Source of the DNA: Pseudomonadota bacterium
GTDB lineage: Bacteria > Pseudomonadota > Alphaproteobacteria > Rhodobacterales > Rhodobacteraceae
DNA length: 64,000 nucleotides
Reading direction: 5' to 3'
Assembly: GCA_038744785.1 (NCBI GenBank)
Contig: JBCDLX010000022.1
Span: 3,091-67,090, forward strand
The position numbers were made by a program, and so were the translations under genes. Shown here in pieces: positions 60,933 to 64,000 of this stretch. The notes under the pieces were generated by a model. It made no database searches, was not told the DNA's origin, and was given only the letters and a program-made list of their open reading frames with translations. The stretch's first letter is position 1; the number at the start of each line of letters is the position of its first letter.

Positions 60933-61499
60933 CTAAAAATGGCCCGGCAGCGTCCCCGGCTCTGCGGCATTCGACAAGAGGTTGAAGACATAGCCCGCGA
61001 CAGACCGGAAGCAGATGATTTCGAACGCGCCATCCTCGCGCATCCAAAAGGCAGCGGCGACCTGCGCAAGCCGCGTGCGCCGCATCTCCCCCGGTCCAAA
61101 CGTCGCGGGTCGAAGATCAGCCGGGCTGAGTTTTGCCAAAACCTCGCGAGCGCCGTCGCCAGAGACCACGAACACCGCACGGGCGTCAGACACGTTCTCA
61201 GCCAGATAATGCAGGCCCTTAAGCCCCTGATCCAACGCCGCCAACGTCTCTGCCACACCGGTATAGGGCACCAATACCAAAAGCTCGTCCGGCGCCATCC
61301 AGCAAAGACCGCGCGTGCCCGCGACTTCTACCCCGCGTTGCCCCGGAAGGTCGCACCCGGTCACAGCACGGACCGCCGCCTTAAGCTTTGCCGCACCAAG
61401 ATCGCCCTTCAGCGTGATCATCCCGCGCAGACCGGCCTCTTCGATTCTCGCGGCGCCTTCGTAAACCGCCCCCGAGAGCGCGCTTGCCAGATCAGACAT
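60933..61499 (-). CDS. soxG: Sarcosine oxidase subunit gamma
   Basis: GMITLKGD, WMAPDELL, NVSDARA, F.IICFRSVA.Y. Confidence 0.93.
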   Translation of the reverse strand: MSDLASALSGAVYEGAARIEEAGLRGMITLKGDLGAAKLKAAVRAVTGCDLPGQRGVEVAGTRGLCWMAPDELLVLVPYTGVAETLAALDQGLKGLHYLAENVSDARAVFVVSGDGAREVLAKLSPADLRPATFGPGEMRRTRLAQVAAAFWMREDGAFEIICFRSVAGYVFNLLSNAAEPGTLPGHF

Positions 61500-64000
61500 T
61501 CTGCTTCTCTCCTTCGGGGTCAAAGAATACCGGGCTCACGATACGGGCCCTTATCCGGGCGCCTTCGACGTTTGTGAATTCCAGTTCCTCACCAAGCCGG
61601 TCCGGACCGCGGCGCACCAGACCCATGGCAATCCCGCGCCCCAGTGTGGGTGAGTGATAGGTCGATGTCACACGACCTTGCGTGTTGCGCTGACCGTTGC
61701 CATTCAGGCCCTCGTCCACCGCGTAAGCCCCATCGGGCAGGACCGATCCATCGAGCGTCTCTAGTCCCACAAGTTTCCAGCGGTCCGGATCGGTCATATG
61801 CGATCGCGCTTGTGCGCGCTTGCCAAGGTAATCGTCCTTCTTCTTCGAGATCGCCCAGTTAAGCCCCAAGTCTTGCGGTATCACGGTGCCGTCGGTTTCA
61901 TCCCCGATCATGATGAAACCCTTCTCGGCTCGCATGATATGCAGGGCCTCTGTCCCGTAGGGCGCGATCCCAAATGGCTGGCCTGCGCGGATCAGCGCCT
62001 CCCAGAACGCCAATCCTTGCGCGGCGGGAACCGCAACCTCATAGCTCAGTTCGCCAGAGAACGAGATGCGGAACACCCGCGCATCGAAGTCACCGATCTT
62101 GCCCTCGGCCCACTGCATGAAGGGCAGCGCATCGGCCGACAGGTCCATCCCACCCAGCGTTTCTAGAACGTTCCGGGCGTCAGGCCCCACAACGCCGATT
62201 TGCGCGTATTGCTCGGTCACATTGACAGTGTGCACCCGCCAATCCCACCATTCGGTCTGGAGCCACTCCTCCATATGCCCGTGGATCCGATCCGCGCCGC
62301 CCGTGGTCGTGTGACAAAGCCAAGTGGTCTCATCGAGCCGGGCAACCACGCCGTCGTCGGTCAAAAAGCCGTTCTCGGTACACATCAAGCCGTAGCGGCA
62401 GCGCCCCAACGGTAGGGTCGACATCATGTTGGTGTACATCATGTCCAGGAACTGCCCCGCGTCCGGACCCTTGACGATGATCTTGCCCAGCGTCGAGGCA
62501 TCGAGCAGCCCGACCGTATCGCGCGTGTTCGTGACCTCGCGCATCACAGCGTCGTGGACACTTTCACCGTCCCGGGGGAAGGCGTAGGGGCGACGCCAAT
62601 GGCCAACCGGCTCCCAATGCGCGCCATTGTCTTCGTGCCAGGCGTGAATGGGGGTTTGACGGATCGGTTGAAACAGTGCGCCCCGGGCCTCGCCGCCGAT
62701 CGCGCCCATCGAGATGGGTGTGTAGGGCGGTCTAAAGGTGGTGGTCCCGACCTCTGGAATGTCGATGCCAAGCGATTGAGAAAGCACCGCCAACCCATTG
62801 ATATTCGAAGTTTTACCCTGATCCGTCGCCATACCAAGCGTGGTATACCGCTTGGTGTGCTCGACGCTCTGATAGCCTTCCTGCGCTGCAAGCTGGACGT
62901 CCGAAACCTTCACATCGTTCTGGAAATCGAGCCACATCTTGCTGCGCAGTTTGTGCCCTGCACCGCCGGGCATCACCCAAACCGGCAAAATCGGTTCTTC
63001 CTCGGTCGGCGCGGACGTGGGCACGTCTTGCGCTGGGGCCGTCAGTCCCAGTGCCTCGGTCGCCGCGCGCGCCGCCTCGACCGCCGAGGTAAGCACATCG
63101 GCGGTTGCAAGCGCCCCGGTCGCAGTCCCGGCTGCGCGCACAAACGGCAAGCCATCGGCCCCCGTGGGTGCCCGGTCGGGGTAAGGGCAGAACATCGCCC
63201 GCGCGTCATCCCAACGCAGCTTGCCCCCGCAATGGGACCAAAGATGCACGACCGGCGACCAGCCGCCGGACATGGCGACCACGTCGCAGGCGATCTCTTC
63301 CGTCTTGTCGCCGTCGCCGGATTGGGCGCACAGAAAGACCCCATCGACCTTGGCCACGCCCTTGACCTTCGCAATCGCCGTTCCGGTCTCAATCCGCAGA
63401 CCTACCGCGCGTGCAGCCTCGGGCAAAGCGCCTGTGGCCTTCATCCGGGGATCGATGATCGCCTTAACGGTTTGCCCCGCTGCATGAAGCGCAAGCGCGG
63501 TGCGATATCCGTCATCATTGTTCGTGACGATAACCGACCGCGCGCCTGGCGACACGCCATAGTCGACCAGATAATCACGCACGGCCGAAGCCAGCATCAC
63601 ACCCGGCAGGTCGTTTCCGGCAAACGACAGGGGCCGCTCGATCGCCCCCGTGGCGGCGATGACCTGTCGCGCCCGGATTTTCCAAAGCCGGTGCCGCGGG
63701 CCCTGAGGGTCGGGTTCGTGGTCGGTGAGACGTTCATACGCCAGCACATAGCCGTGGTCATAGATTCCGGCCCCCATGGTGCGGGTTCGAACGCGAACGT
63801 TTTCGCGTGCCGAAAGCTCTGTCAGCGCGTTCTCAACCCACGCTTCCGCAGGCTGTCCTTCCACCTCTGCGCCATCGACGGGCGCGCGCCCGCCCCAGTG
63901 GGCGGATTGTTCGATCAAAAGCACATCCGCACCGCTGGCGGACGCCGCCTGTGCCGCCATGATCCCCGCGATGCCGCCACCGATGACCAGCACATCGACC
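61492..64000 (-). CDS. soxA: Sarcosine oxidase subunit alpha (5' end outside window)
   Basis: GGGIAG, GAIERP, DFQNDVK, EHTKRYTT.GM.TDQGK, FRPPYTP, DASTLGK, RAEKGF. Confidence 0.96.
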   Translation of the reverse strand, partial: VDVLVIGGGIAGIMAAQAASASGADVLLIEQSAHWGGRAPVDGAEVEGQPAEAWVENALTELSARENVRVRTRTMGAGIYDHGYVLAYERLTDHEPDPQGPRHRLWKIRARQVIAATGAIERPLSFAGNDLPGVMLASAVRDYLVDYGVSPGARSVIVTNNDDGYRTALALHAAGQTVKAIIDPRMKATGALPEAARAVGLRIETGTAIAKVKGVAKVDGVFLCAQSGDGDKTEEIACDVVAMSGGWSPVVHLWSHCGGKLRWDDARAMFCPYPDRAPTGADGLPFVRAAGTATGALATADVLTSAVEAARAATEALGLTAPAQDVPTSAPTEEEPILPVWVMPGGAGHKLRSKMWLDFQNDVKVSDVQLAAQEGYQSVEHTKRYTTLGMATDQGKTSNINGLAVLSQSLGIDIPEVGTTTFRPPYTPISMGAIGGEARGALFQPIRQTPIHAWHEDNGAHWEPVGHWRRPYAFPRDGESVHDAVMREVTNTRDTVGLLDASTLGKIIVKGPDAGQFLDMMYTNMMSTLPLGRCRYGLMCTENGFLTDDGVVARLDETTWLCHTTTGGADRIHGHMEEWLQTEWWDWRVHTVNVTEQYAQIGVVGPDARNVLETLGGMDLSADALPFMQWAEGKIGDFDARVFRISFSGELSYEVAVPAAQGLAFWEALIRAGQPFGIAPYGTEALHIMRAEKGFIMIGDETDGTVIPQDLGLNWAISKKKDDYLGKRAQARSHMTDPDRWKLVGLETLDGSVLPDGAYAVDEGLNGNGQRNTQGRVTSTYHSPTLGRGIAMGLVRRGPDRLGEELEFTNVEGARIRARIVSPVFFDPEGEKQNV

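Noticed and set aside
363-63487. The many 60-310 aa alternative ORFs in the track
   Set aside because: They are nested in or antisense to well-supported genes, as expected in high-GC DNA, with no motifs or RBS support.

Overview
GC-rich alphaproteobacterial chromosome segment; gene content suggests Rhodobacteraceae/Roseobacter (inferred). 1-13.8 kb is a minus-strand D-apiose/D-apionate catabolic cluster: GntR/FadR regulator, apnL, apsD, a RuBisCO-like protein, oiaK, apnO and two different sugar ABC systems. It sits beside a decayed IS6 element and the 3' end of tRNA-Ser(GGA), like an island. The rest is mostly core genome (MscS-family channel, cysK, acnA, ccmABCDG, yajC-secD-secF, serS, der, an RND pair, Atm1-like exporter, LysM protein, LOG, sodB, soxG/soxA) with small accessory inserts. 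Items the ORF track misses or splits: a dddL DMSP-lyase pseudogene with three lesions, ccmD, an 88-bp diverged second copy of the soxG 3' end that brackets an XRE-SRPBCC cassette, a homopolymer frameshift in the SRPBCC gene, and three TetR-type operators. Also notable are an RND adaptor with a very long repetitive hairpin and an orphan secreted protein with an amphipathic beta-hairpin-like segment. No CRISPR array or rRNA was seen. Family assignments come from motif recognition and recall, not database searches. Start codons were refined by eye where the ORF track over-extends.
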